A DNA stretch of 64,000 nt from Phoronis australis (lineage: Eukaryota; Animalia; Phoronida). How positions within the stretch are numbered: the first letter of the stretch is position 1; each line of letters starts with the position of its first letter. The position numbers and the translations under genes are program-made. The DNA is taken from the NCBI GenBank assembly GCA_002633005.1, contig NMRA01000054.1, forward strand, positions 500,952 through 564,951, written 5' to 3'. Positions 25,706 to 38,626 of this stretch are shown here, piece by piece. The notes below the pieces were generated by a model. That model worked only from the letters and a program-made list of their open reading frames with translations, was not told the DNA's origin and searched no databases.

Positions 25706-25846
25706 ACACCTGGACCAGGCACCTACTCTGTGACCCAGCCTGACATCTACAGAGAGAAACGGCCCTTGTACAGCATGACCAGCAGGAATGTCATGCCTAG
25801 CGACAGCACACAGAAACCAGGACCAGGTGCTCACTCACCTGAGAGA
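25706..25846 (+). CDS. ODF3: ODF3/CIMAP1-like coding exon 3
   Basis: ttttag| acceptor; TPGPGTYSVTQPDIYREKRPLYSMTSRNVMPSDSTQKPGPGAHSPER; |gtaagt donor phase 0. Confidence 0.93.
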
Positions 25847-26167
25847 GTAAGTTTGACTGGTTTTCTCACTGTAACAATTACTACGAAAGCTTCAAAACAA
25901 AATACATTTGCTTGCACCATTAATATTTGTACGATTTTACTTCTGTACAATTGTTGCTTTGCTTGCCAAATTGATACAATGTTAACTTGCATGTTGCATG
26001 CAAAAAGGATCTGATAAAGTTTACAAAATTTTGATTTTTAAGTTTTTTTCTCTTGACATTTAGATTATTTGTTCTTCGGGTGAAAGAGATTACACGCAAT
26101 GTTTTTGTTTAAATTTGTGATAAGCAATAAGAAAGTGATCAAGCATTGGCGGGTATGCTTGTTGTAG

Positions 26168-26254
26168 GTGACTTTAACTAAGAGGAGGGCTCCAGCGATA
26201 AGTTTTGGAATAAAGCATTCCCAGTATACAGCACCCCTTATTATTCAGGACTAG
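26168..26254 (+). CDS. ODF3: ODF3/CIMAP1-like terminal exon 4a (VTLTKRRAPAISFGIKHSQYTAPLIIQD*)
   Basis: ttgttgtag| phase 0 acceptor; family C-terminal SFGIKHSxY motif; TAG stop; gives a 250-aa isoform. Confidence 0.85.
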   Translation: MTLTKRRAPAISFGIKHSQYTAPLIIQD

Positions 26255-26452
26255 TGTATTGCAAGGTATTAAGTCTAGTTGAGATGTGATAAAACGGGTA
26301 CTTCTCATACTGTCTAGCCATACATGGCAACAGTCAAGGGTCCAGGGGGATTGTTGAGGGAGCTCACCTTGACCTGAGGATTGCCAGATGTGTGGCCAGG
26401 ACAGTCTGGGAAGTCGCGTCTGCCATATATCTAGCTCAACTTTTCTATGCCA

Positions 26453-26612
26453 TTAATTGCTTCTTCTGTTCATAATCTCCTGCACTCCAATACAAATGCA
26501 TCTAATGAGTGAGGCATATTTTAAAACTGTTTTAATTGCTTCTTCTGTTTATAATCTTTTGCACTGCGATGCAAATACGTCTAAAGACTGAGGCACAATT
26601 TAAATCTGTTTT
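26453..26612. repeat. ~79 bp tandem dimer between the two ODF3 terminal exons
   Basis: ttaattgcttcttctgtt.ataatct..tgcact.c.at.caaat..tctaa...tgaggca..tttaaa.ctgttt occurs twice. Confidence 0.75.
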
Positions 26613-26927
26613 TGTTTCCCATCATGCAATGTATGTGCATGGTTCTAAGTATTTTGTTTGCAACATGACAGTTTTTACATTGTAAAAATGATGTACTGGT
26701 ATTTTGAGACAAAATTGACATGCCTTGGCAATACAAGGTGGAAAAATGAAATGTTCTATACAACAACCTATCCACTTCTGATGTGTGAGGATAGAAAGTG
26801 AAAAGAGATTCCTAAGAAATTGCTTAAACTTAACTGTTGGTTTATGCATGTAATTTCTTTTTTTTTTGACGAGATGATGGTTTTGTATGTTTAAGTGTTA
26901 GAATCATGTTCTGCATTCTATTTTCAG

Positions 26928-27020
26928 CATTGGCCCCACAAGAGACAGATGCCAGTCGTCTCCTTTGGTATTAAACACAGCCAATACACAGCACCTCTTA
27001 TCATTCATGTTGAGGATTAG
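26928..27020 (+). CDS. ODF3: ODF3/CIMAP1-like alternative terminal exon 4b (HWPHKRQMPVVSFGIKHSQYTAPLIIHVED*)
   Basis: ctattttcag| phase 0 acceptor; same SFGIKHSQYTAPLII core with synonymous differences; TAG stop; gives a 252-aa isoform. Confidence 0.85.
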   Translation, partial: HWPHKRQMPVVSFGIKHSQYTAPLIIHVED

Positions 27021-28954
27021 TTGATTGGAAACTGGACAGACTTTTTAATTCACAGAGCTATGAACACATTCCAAAAATTTTGTCATCAGTTTTACAGATG
27101 TGCTCTATAGGATTTGGATTTCCAAGGGCTTTAATGACGGATGGATTTACTGCTGATTTTTTAAAGTTGCTCAGTTTATTCTTCACATAAGAAGACAGCT
27201 CAAACTGGTGGCCATTATTTATTTTGTTAAGTGTAAAACGTGGTCCACTTAAACCAAATTTTGGCTTTGTCATAAGTATTTTGAATTTTTACTTACGATA
27301 TTAATTATAAGAGCGTCTTCCTAAGATTTAGTTAGGATATCTGCTCTATTGTTTATGTCATAAATCTTGTCACTCACGTGTAAATAAGACATTCCATATT
27401 CTGTAGTGCGTATATATGCGCTTATAAAAATTTATTTAGTGTGAATCTTTTTCAACTTCACCTAGGTCAGATATTGATTTATGTAGTTGGAAAACAGGCT
27501 GTTGTTGAGGGAATATATTGTATAATAAATTAATGTTTTTAAAAATGATTTTATTTCATGGACATACTGCATTAATTTCTCCTACTGTTCAAAAAATTCT
27601 ACTTGCTATACGTATTCAAAAATGCCACATATCAACCACCTTACACAAAAGTTGTTTGACGGACTAAATTTATCACGGTCATTATCAAAAATTACACAGA
27701 AAACAATTGCAGTAAAAATTCCTGTTTAGGATACAACATACCAAAAAAGTGGAATCCTAATTGGTCAAAATTCTAAGAAAAACAAATAAACGTTAACTTT
27801 ATTGTAATGGTTTACGTTGCGAAACAATATTTGATAGAATTTCAGCAATGTTAAACTTTGCAAAGTTGAAAAATTGGCAATTTTAGCAACATTATTTTTG
27901 TCCCAAACTTAAAAGTTTATATTGTACTTTGAATAGCAAATTATGCTGCAATGACCCTGTTAACTAAACCTTGTTTTACCAATTGAAAATGGCAGGAGTA
28001 CACAAGACCCGAGATTTTAAGTCACAGCTGCAGCCAACAAGTTTATGCATGAGTCACATCATCTCTCCAACCAACCACACGGACAAACCTTACAAGATAG
28101 GGAGCTTAGACATCTGCACAATGCATTGTTAAAGCCAGAGTTTACTTTAATACATACACCAGGTAAAAATGGGACTTGGACGTTAATATATTTTACTGGT
28201 GCTAACGCTGAGGTTTGACTGTAGTGTGCTTGTGTTTTAAAAACTTTAAAACCCATAACAGCTCTAACCATCCATTGCTTTAAAACTCCAGTCAAAGCAG
28301 GGATGAAATGACCGAAGCCACACCAGTGGAACATTAACACCATTCTGAGCTGTTTATGCTTTTAAACCGAATGAAAACTTTCTCCGACTCCCCATTTAAC
28401 TGCGTTACGGTAAAAAAGTACAACACAATAATACTCTTATTGAGAACTTTAATAAACTCTTCTAGACAAACAGACTGTAATGGTTTACACAGACCAAACT
28501 GATAAGATGGCAATATTTATTTGATCAAGCTGTTACTATAACCATATAGGTATGTACGAACTCTAGCACAAACACCAGTATTGAGATAAAAAGAATGAAA
28601 GGATATCAATCACGTAGTTGACTGACAAGACGCAAGATTATTGAGACTCGGTGAAACAAGGAATTTCCAATAACATGGATTGACCACACATTGATTTGTC
28701 TGTACCACAGTATCATTAGGAAAAGTTCAGTAATTTCTGGAAAAATTACAATTGTACTCAAAATACCTTTCCCTAGGGAATCGCATGCATGACACAGTTG
28801 ACTGGCAAGATCAATACAGTAAATGAATAATATATAAACAAGTTATTGTTTGCTTAAAAGTGGCAGAAATTATGGTAAGTATAATTAGAATATCAAAAAT
28901 CACATTTAAAATAAATGACTCCCAAACATTCGACTAAACCTGACCAAAATACTG

Positions 28955-29356
28955 GGCCCAGTCTCCAATCTTTTTACTCGAAATGGAACTCGAAATTAGG
29001 TTTGGCATTTTCTACTCTACTTTTGGGCGAACTCAAGATAAGTGTCTATTATTCTATGCTCGAGTACACAATAACTTGCATAGATAATTTATTGCTCTTA
29101 GTTCACAGTTTGTAAACCCAATATTAAAGCAATAAGTTTGAGTTTGAACTCGAAATTTCGAGTTTTTACTCGAGTTTGTAGCACAAATATAAGGGTCTTC
29201 AAGGGCAAACTTGAACTAGAAACTCCTATGCATAAACTAATAATGTATTCGAGCACAGTCTGATAACCAATTATCTTAAGTTCGCACAAAAGGAGCAGAG
29301 AAATTGCCAAAAATAGTTTCGAGTTCGTTTCGAGTACAAAGATTAGAGACTGGGCC
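28955..29356. mobile_element. PIF/Harbinger-like MITE
   Basis: CTG|GGCCCAGTCTCCAATCT ... AGATTAGAGACTGGGCC|CAG; subterminal ACTCGA repeats; related to 55103-56451. Confidence 0.65.
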
Positions 29357-29379
29357 CAGGTTGGAGAAAATGAAAAATA

Positions 29380-30500
29380 AATGAAAGCGCTCCGAGGAGC
29401 GAAACTTGGCGAAATCAACCAAAAAACCACGTTAGGGATGACAAGAAAAGACGACGACAGAGACGATGACGAAGATGACAGCTATGACGATGATGGTGGC
29501 GATGATGGACAATGCAAGTTATGATATCATTCATATGACAAACGTAGAGGTCAGAAATCACTAAGAAATTAGGCTACAGTCTTAAGCGAAGAAAAGACGA
29601 CGTCGGAGATGATGACGAATATGATGATGGTGATGGCGATTATGAACAACATCATAACATTCATATGACGAACTTAGATGTCATAAATCAATAAGAAATA
29701 GGCTACAGTGTCTTGTTCAATAGAAGCTAAACCAACATCAATACAGCAAGAGCGCTCAACAAACGCTATCAGAAAATCTCAACTCAAAAAGTAGACGTCC
29801 TAGCGAAAAATGGAAAACATCTTCTGAAAGCCCATTCAAAACTCTATCTACATTGATAGTATCACACAATTCCGTAAATTTAAAAAAAATGTAATTTTGC
29901 GTGTTATTAAGAAATTCAAAGTCAAATAACTCGAAAACGTTAAGTCTGAGAAAAAATTGTTACAGTTCATTTGAAAGAGTATACATCAGAGAATTCACAT
30001 GCAAAAATTCACGTCATTTCTTTCACCCGTTTAAATGGCACCTCAGCACGACTAAAAATGGGTCAACATGCACCAAATCCGCCATCTTGAAAGCAACTTC
30101 CGGTTTTTTGGCTCTGTATAATACCATATCATAAGAAACTAATATCTGCAAAAATTTGAAGGAATTGGTCCTATAACTGAATGCGCCCACTACAGGAGAA
30201 AATGTTTTTTCCCAAAATCTGCCATCTTTAAACCAAAGTGAACAATTTCCAGTAGGCTTATACCTGTAGTGCACATCCAGTCCAATAATTTTGCCGATTT
30301 TCAGCCCTGTACGTAAAAAATTGTAGCCTCCAGAAGCCTTTGAATCTTAAAATGAAAACAAAATGGCCGCCACAGCCGCCATCTTAAATCCGATCATGAC
30401 GAAAAACAATAGGCTTCCAGTACTTCCAAAACTACGTGTTATGTGTAAATTTCGTGATGATTGGACGAAAATTGATACCCATCCGCACAATATCCTAATT
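29380..30500. repeat. interspersed repeat with a tandem dimer, Helentron/HINE-like
   Basis: duplicated aagaaaagacgacg..cattcatatgac..aagaaa(t)taggctacagt (29443-29709); aaaatggccgcc..gccgccatctt motifs. Confidence 0.45.
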
Positions 30501-33115
30501 CCAATGCTCTTCTGAGATTGTTAGCTGTTGAGGAAATGGTTAATTATAACTTCATGGCTATTTGGAGAGAAATGGTGATTAACAGAGTACATGGGATGAA
30601 CCAATGATACTGCCTAATGATGTCGCCCTCATCTTAAAACATTAAAAAATAAGACTACATGAACCACTATTCAAGATAAAAGTAAACAAATCTGTATTGT
30701 TAATTTTCCCACAGAATTGGTTTTTCAATTGAAGTGCAAGTGCAAACAAAAGTTTCCCACTATATTATCTATACATCAGTAAAAATACTTTCATTATTAA
30801 AACCTCTGTATGAATAGCGGACATCAGACTATAATAAATAAATAATAGTCAATGAGCCCTCACCGTTGAGCTGACTGTGAGCTTTAAAAATAAGGTTCAT
30901 GAGAACTTTCCCCCAGGAATTTCATTTTGACCTTTTCCACCTGTCATAGGTGTGCTTTTCAACTGTAGAAAGTTCCCATATTTAAAGTTGCAAATTTCCA
31001 TTTACCTCGCCAAAAATTTGATGAATAACAAAATGCTGAAATTTCTATTCATGTACATTTCATAATTTTTGTTAAAAACGATTGTCTAAGACATTCTATC
31101 TTTTCAATTCTGTTTGTCACAATGCAGACAAAAGACACCAGCAAAATATGGCAAAATAGGAATAAAATTATGTTCCTCCAACATATTTCTTTGTCTGCCT
31201 TTTCACGATCACATTTAAGACTGACGGAACAACTTTCTTAATGTAAACCGTTTTAAAGGCACTTAAGAACAGTCTAGCCATGGGTTTATATTCTGGTCCC
31301 CATGGTTACGTCATATACCATTCCCCTGGACTGTTAAAACAAAGAAATTTCCAACATCGCAATCTGATCTAGTATCACCTTCGGTTAAACTTGACAAACA
31401 AGCCTATTGTGTTGGTACACAATGCTCTGGTAGTAAGCTCGCTGGTTCCCTGCATGCCGCTGGGTGGGGCTAAGCACGCAGGGAACCAGCGAGTGGTAGT
31501 AAGTGGGTCAGAGCTTACAGTCACACAAAGGAATCAGCAGGTGAAAAGTAAGTCTAATTTCTCTGAAAGTCAACCAATCTCCGTTGGAAGCTTCTTTGAT
31601 GATAGTATTTCATACAAAACCCGTCTTCCTCATGACATTTGTTGAACATCGTTTGGAAATAGTATTTTTAAATATAAATTGGTTTGCGTCAGGTGCGGTG
31701 TTTACAACATAATTGTTGGATCACGTGAGCTTATTGGATGAACGTAGACAATAGAGCGCTGGACTATGTAAACATTGGTTTAACAATTCTCCCTTTGCTA
31801 TCACTGTCAAGCTGATAACAACAAGGCTGTAATGCGAGTTCCCAATTCAGACAAATCGGGGAAACTCACCCCGCAGCACGGGAAGTGTATCGAGATATAT
31901 ATTGTCTACATCTATGTACGTACCATGAATGCCAGAGATGGGTTTCTTACATTACAAAAACCTCTTGTTTCGTTTCAGGTGACTTCCATTTTTAAATCAA
32001 GGCTAAATCCAGATGTCAGTCTAGTCCATAGACATTAGTGTTCTCGTGCTTTTTTGACCACCATTACTCTAGCAGGCCAATTATCTACCATGACTGGATG
32101 TTACTAAAACCATCCACCAATGTGTACCCAAGAACTGACACCTAACAGTGTTTTGGGAAATGTTTGTCATTTCAGTGATGGATTCTTTCACCCCCGCCAC
32201 TGTGTTGCTCAGGCAGGTTAAACAATAGAGGCTGAGACATATCAACAAAGTTAAGCCACAGTCCAATTGCAATGCACCAAATGGGCGAGGAAATAATGAA
32301 ATGGTGTAAACAGGCAGCCATTACACCCATCTCTGTTCCCTAATCTCCAAATAAGGGAACATACATGCAGTCTTAAATGAGTACAGGCTTTGTGTTTGTG
32401 GTTAGTGGCTATCGAAATCCCAACTGGTAAAAAGCATTTATACCTGCTGGCTGGGAAATGAGATGCAGCGTCAAATGCTACAAGCAAAAATGTTCCTAAC
32501 TTAAGTTTTTAAGAGGAATTCAATTTCAGAAGCCAAACAGTTCGAAAAAAATGACCACAAATACACAAATTTATTTTAATTAGTGTTTTATTCCTATGAA
32601 GCCATCACTAATAATATAGATTAATTGTTCTTCTCCACACATAGGACTTCAGATAAGATTTTCTGATAAACAGGCCTCTTGACGACAACGAGACTTATAC
32701 AAATCTATTGACTAATGACTTGGTGATTCAGTTTTGGCTTAGACACATGAGGAGTATGCCTTCACTCACCATTCAAGAACAAGTTCATTACGCTATTAAA
32801 AGCAAACAGCAGGCATGCACACAAAACCATACGAGTGTGAGCTAATGCAGTACTCTTTACTACTCAACATATGTGAATTTCATCCAAAATCGTTTTTTTT
32901 TCAGAAAATGTGCAGCCTAAAATGTGGGAACTTTTTCAATAATGAATTAAAAATAATTTATTTAGCCATACAAGAAAAAAATAGATTGCCAGTCGAAAGT
33001 ATTCACAGAATTTTCTTCTACAGCTCAGTGCCAATGACTATAAATAAAACTCACTAGTATGCAAAATTAATATGTAAAAGATGTTCCACTCTCTCTTCTC
33101 TTCATATTGTTGCAG

Positions 33116-33178
33116 CTACCCAACCAGAGATTCGTCAAAATCACAAGCATTATCAAACAAGCAACAGATGTGTCCAGC
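33116..33178 (-). CDS. NELL: NELL-like terminal coding exon (AGHICCLFDNACDFDESLVG*)
   Basis: ttttag acceptor; resembles the NELL C-terminus NGHICCSVD; TAG stop. Confidence 0.88.
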   Translation of the reverse strand, partial: AGHICCLFDNACDFDESLVG

Positions 33179-33944
33179 CTAAAATAAAAACAAGTTTCTC
33201 TTAAGGTTTTATTTCATTACAGTAAAAACATGTTGAGTTACTCCAAATAGTACATAACCAGTTTTTAGACAGCCAGTTCATCAATAGGGAAAAATCAACG
33301 TTTTGAGTTTCTTAACAAAAATCCTCGACAACGCCTTGTCAACAGCCTGCAGCATGCATGCAACAGTAGTAGTGAAGTGATACAAACATCGCCACCATTA
33401 AAGGCCCACATCTTTTATCAACATTCATTTCCACTTGAAAACAATAACAGACTGTTATGTGTTCAATAACAAAATTGGTCAATGTTTTACTTGATGCAGA
33501 AACAAGATGCGGGCCTTTTGTTGGTACAAATCACTTTGTTATTGTTGCACGCATGGTTGACTATAAGGCCAGGGGAATAGTAGTTAATGCTGAAAATGTC
33601 TTTAAGATAGTGTAATATCAAAGAGTTGATTTTCCCTATTAAAACAAAAAGTCATTCACAGGGGCACACTTGCGATCCTGCAAATCATATTTTGCCCAGT
33701 TTCATGTACAATGCACAACTGTGGATCTAACAAATCTATCAAACAGCGAGTCTATCTAATGAGAAAACTGCTAACTGTGTTCAAAGGAGTAACTCTCCAA
33801 GATATCTTACACCCGGATGTTAACTGAAAAAATTGGTCCCTTTTGGTAACAAAACTTCGTAACACATTGCATGTAGCAGGAGTGCCTCTCCTCAGCTCAT
33901 TTCATAACTCTCTCAGTGACATCCATCAAGCTTACATCACACCC

Positions 33945-34176
33945 CCATGGCATCCACCCACAACTCACTAGTCATGTCCTCCCAGTCATCTACCCACAAC
34001 TCACAAGTCATGTCCTCCCAGGCATCCACCCACAACTCACTAGTCATGTCCTCCCAGGCATCCACCCCCAACTCACTAGTCATGTCCTCCCAGTCATCCA
34101 CCCACAACTCACTAGTCATGTCCTCCCAGTCATCCACCCACAACTCACTAGTCATGTCCTCCCAGTCATCCACCCC
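33945..34176. repeat. 36-bp minisatellite, ~6.5 copies
   Basis: unit catccacccacaactcactagtcatgtcctcccagt; explains the three repetitive ORFs here. Confidence 0.95.
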
Positions 34177-34440
34177 TAACTGACTTCATATCCCTTGTCT
34201 CCAGTTCTCAGATCATATTATACACATCCAGACATCTACCTCCAGTAGCTCATCACTTCATACCCTCCAGATGTCTACCCCCAGCAGCTCGTACCCTCCA
34301 GATGTCCCATGACGGCGTTCTCCCGTTCAGTGACTTTACCAGACGTAGAGGGTTGTAAGCGTGTGATAACATCTAACTCCTTTGTTAACTGCCAAGCACA
34401 GCCTTTTATCCAGTATGACAACTGAGGCAGGCCATGACGG

Positions 34441-37137
34441 CGACATCCCGTTGCTCCCAACTTGTTTAATTCTTTAGCCCAACAACAAGTTGGGAAGTTT
34501 ACCCCTGTAGCCAATATCTTACACGACTGATTAACTCCATTCTGGCATTTATGGTTGGAGGGCCAGCTGTGCTCTTTTGTTCGATAATTGCTCTAATCTC
34601 CAATCAGATGGAATCTAGCCTGACTGGGCTAATAAAAATGAAAGTTAAGTTATAACATATTTGAGCTTAAACCAATAGTTTCTGAATTCCTCGTCAAATG
34701 CTGAACATGTTCCGTTTTTGAATCACCAAAATCGCCCAACTACAACAGAAGTTAAGACAATCTATTCTGTCCAAACGGATTACCAGTGCACTGGATTTGA
34801 CTGTGTTCATACGCCTTCCGTTCGGTAATAGCGTGCAACCACCATACCTTTCCTTTGAAGCCTGGGAGATAATTGGCCTGCTTGTTATCTTACGGGACAA
34901 AAGACTAAGCTAGATGTTATCACACGTTCAGCAACCCTCACGTCTGGAAAAGTTACTGAACGACAGAACGCTGTAATGCCAAGTATATACTAGGCTTATT
35001 ACGGACCACCCATGAACACAGTCAAACCCAGAGTGAATTGGTACGTTCGGAAAGAATAGATTGTCGTAACTAAATTGGTTGTAGTTGGGCGATTTTGGCA
35101 ATTCAAAAAAAAACATGAAAACATGACCACCATTTGACGAGGATTTCAGAAATGCTATTGGTTTATGTTCAAATATGCTATAACTTTTATTTTTAACGGC
35201 ACAGCCCTGTCAGGCTAGATACAATCTTATTGGAGATTAGAGCAATTAATTATCGAACAAAAGAGAGGAGCTGGCCAGCTCCAACCATAAATACCAGAAT
35301 GGGGTTAATCAGTTGTGTAACATATGGTGAACACATCCACTACCACAGGAAACTGTAGGAACACTGCATTTATCCACCTTCACTCTTATCAGGCTTCTAT
35401 TGTGAGTCAGCATGCGTGAATAATTGGCTGATAAGCCACCTCTGGAACTACTTTTGGCTGAATGGATGACCAGGCCATAAAATGATAATTAGCCAAGACC
35501 AGTTAACTAATGCAACAAACAAAAAATAATGTCCTAGTATCACCTAGCCTTGGTGGAAAGCTGTATACTGTATTGGCGCTAATAAAAGCTTAGAAAAATT
35601 CATTTCACGAGGAGGGGACGCTTATTGTAGCCTATGGCAGTTGAAACCCGGTTTTCCAAATGAGTGCAATCGGAAGCTAGCATTCATCAAATTTATGCTC
35701 TGTGACGTAGTTGTAGCCTATGACAGTCCTTCTACAAAATTGTGGTGCATTACTATCAAATTCCGTTGTTACATTACGATAATTTTTCAAAATTGCTCAT
35801 CACAGGGCGAAAACTTGCCAACTGATACATCGCTGAATCGCGATCGTCAATAGGAAAACTTGAATTCTTGAATAAAAATATAGTTTTGACTCAACAAGTT
35901 ACCTGAAATCTTCCTTATGTTTTACAATTTTTAAAGTTCATGTGGAGTCCAGATTATTTGCGATTAAGTCCAAATCTGCGCTACATCGTACCCCACAACA
36001 CGAGAAAAATCTCTGGATGAACACATATGTTGTTGTCATGTGATGTTTGTTTTGAAGTTCGTCTATGTATGAGAGTGAGTGAGCGTGCGTGTGCTGTTCA
36101 TCGATGACAGACTTTTTTGTTACAAAAGGCGGGAGGATTATGCAAGAAAATGGCGTTTACTAGATTGTTTTTCACTTAAACGGCTGCAACGTGACTGCTG
36201 TTTAACTCACAGATTTTGTGTGCACAGGTCGACGGTCGTTAGCTCTACCGTGGAGTATTAATAGTCGATGTACATGTTTGGGACGAGGTGACGAGGTGAA
36301 CTACCCGGGCTGTGTGAATTTTCTGGGTCTAACGGAGACACTGACACAGTGGTCAGCCAGCTCGCTGTATCATATCAAGACTATAGTCAAAATCCAAATT
36401 CGTTTTATCGTGTCCTTGTTAATAATAACGGCATGCTAAAGTTTCTTAATTTTCATACTTCAGGAATATAACAATCACTTATTTGGTACACATACGTGCA
36501 CGCCGCAGATCACATCTAGGAAATTTCCGATTTGACGGATGACAATAAATGAGCACAATGAAAATTAAACGTCGTTTTACAGCTTGTAAGATTCATAATA
36601 AACGTATTTTGAATATTGCAATGCATGTGTTCCAAAATCTAAATAACTTGGGTCCTATATTTTTGTATTCGTGCACGCCGAATGAAAGTAATCGTGAGTG
36701 TTGCTGTGTTGCAAAATCTCTTATCCTGGGCCAATTTGAAAAATTCAAAGTTGTACTCATATTTATTTTCGCTCCTCTTTTCAAATATTACATTAAAAAC
36801 TACGTAAAACTCCATAAAAAGTACAGTCTGCTAGGCTAGAATGTAATCAGCTGATCATATCCGCATGAGCGAAGCCAATTATCCTCGCTCGTGACTCGAT
36901 GAATAGAGCAGCTTGGCAGCATCCCTTTGATCGTGAACCGAGCGCGACTCAGCCAAGTTGGATAACAGTCTAGTTCATTTGAAACCCCACAGTTTACCCT
37001 GACAGGCGGGGTTTGGACTAATCTTATTTAGTGGGAATGTTTATAGCATGTAAGATATTTGCTACAGGAGTCATATTCCCAACTTGTTGTTGGGCTATAG
37101 ACTCGAACAAGTTAGTAGGAGCAACAGGAAAACGTCG
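34441..37137. mobile_element. composite inverted-repeat element inserted in a minisatellite
   Basis: ~85 bp inverted ends (gttgctcc..tagcccaacaacaagttgggaa..ctgtagc.aatatcttaca and its complement at 37047-37137); inner ~230-bp inverted arms 34514-34747 / 35077-35324. Confidence 0.65.
35566..36075 (-). mobile_element. partial inverted copy of the right end of element 43165-45424
   Basis: aligns in reverse to ~44890-45424 (gcttattgtagcc..gaaacccggttt..tgcatt.ctatcaaa..ttgaattctt..ttaagtccaaatctgcg). Confidence 0.7.
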
Positions 37138-37140
37138 ATA

Positions 37141-37450
37141 CCCCTAGCAGCTCACTTCACTACCCTCCAAATGTCCACCCCAGCAACTTACGTCATACCC
37201 TCCAGATGTCCATCCCCAGCATTACTCACTTTTTACCCTCTAGATGTCTACCTCCAGCAACTCACTTCATACCCTATAGACGTCCACCCTAAGCTCACTT
37301 CACAACCTCCAGACATCCACCCCAAGCTCACTTCACAACCTCCAGCAGTGACATGCACCTGTAATTCACTTCACCCCTGAAAGCTCACTTCACAACCTCC
37401 TACCCAATAACATCCAACCTCAGCTCACTGTAAATCATTAAAACATCCAC
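37141..37450. repeat. degenerate ~33-bp minisatellite related to 34180-34310 and to the 36-bp array
   Basis: recurring gctcacttca(t/c)a(a/c)cctccagac/tatccacccc units. Confidence 0.8.
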
Positions 37451-37554
37451 CGCCATAGCCCTGACTTCTTGGCCCTCGTCCACTCCCATCAGCTCACTAA
37501 CACCCCGTCAGAGACACTCCCAGATTACTCAGTCAACAACCACCTCCAGCTTAC

Positions 37555-37698
37555 CTTGCATGTACATTCGACACAGGTGTTACTCTCCAGCCTCCACGTG
37601 TTGCCTGATTCATGGATCACCCCACCATGTTCACATGGTTCAAGCACATCAGCAGGGTTGTTAAACTCCCAGTTACAAGGATTGGGGCCATACCTGAT
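37555..37698 (-). CDS. NELL: NELL-like last VWC exon (not in the ORF track)
   Basis: IRYGPNPCNWEFNNPADVLEPCEHGGVIHESGNTWRLESNTCVECTCK; cacag acceptor, gtaagc donor. Confidence 0.85.
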
Positions 37699-38460
37699 CT
37701 GTGATTGTGAATAGGAAGCATGTAATTTTCATTATACCACACAAACAATAATATATTAAAACATTTTTGTAATAAATATCATTTTCTGATATCAAAATTG
37801 ACTTTTATTTAAAAATTCAAAAAAAAAACTATTGTACTTCATACAGTTTCAATATCCCTATTAAAGTTAGTCATAACATCAAAGGTTAGATGGCACAATT
37901 TGCCTTTGTAAATTTGTGTCTTGACAATGGACTTAAAATTTGCAAATGCAAATTGAGCACGAGAATTGTCATAGAAAATACTCCTGGCTTAAGCATGAGA
38001 GTTCAAAAGCAAAACAAAAAAAATGTGGAATAAGCCTGATGAACGGCCATCAATAGTGTTTTCAAAATCAGAGAATTTTAGACGATTTTAAATATTAGAC
38101 GCATTATGATGTTGTTGCAGCTCACTATAATTCTATGGCATGGACAACCAAACGGAGTATTAATAACTGACTGGGCAATTTATAGAAACGCTGCCGACAG
38201 GCAGATCTTGAATGTCGTGAAGAGGGCAACTACAATTTTTTCGAAGGAAATATCTGTGTAAGCCGACAGAGATTCATATAATTTTAGTCACATCTGTAGT
38301 GGGACCGGGCCCCCTGAGCATCTTAATTTTTGATTACCCGAGAGATGCGGCATGAAACTGTAGGCTGGTGCAAATACAACGTATCAAAATACCATCTTAT
38401 CCAGTATACTTGAGATAAAATATAACATGACACTACAGAATAAAAACCGTTTCACAATTC

Positions 38461-38579
38461 AAGTTGTGATGCAGAGGCCATCACTACCAAGCACTGCCAC
38501 TGTTATATAAAACCTAGAAGTTGTGATCCAGAGGCCATCACGTCCAAGCACTGTCATTGTTACACAAAGCCTAGAAGTT
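38461..38579. repeat. ~57 bp tandem dimer
   Basis: aagttgtgat.cagaggccatcac..ccaagcactg.ca.tgtta.a.aaa.cctag occurs twice. Confidence 0.8.
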
Positions 38580-38626
38580 TGAATAAAACTTGAAGTGAGT
38601 AAACTACTAATTTCATCTTGACTTAC

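Noticed and set aside
33916-34183. Three overlapping repetitive ORFs
   Set aside because: Translations of a stop-free 36-bp minisatellite inside an intron
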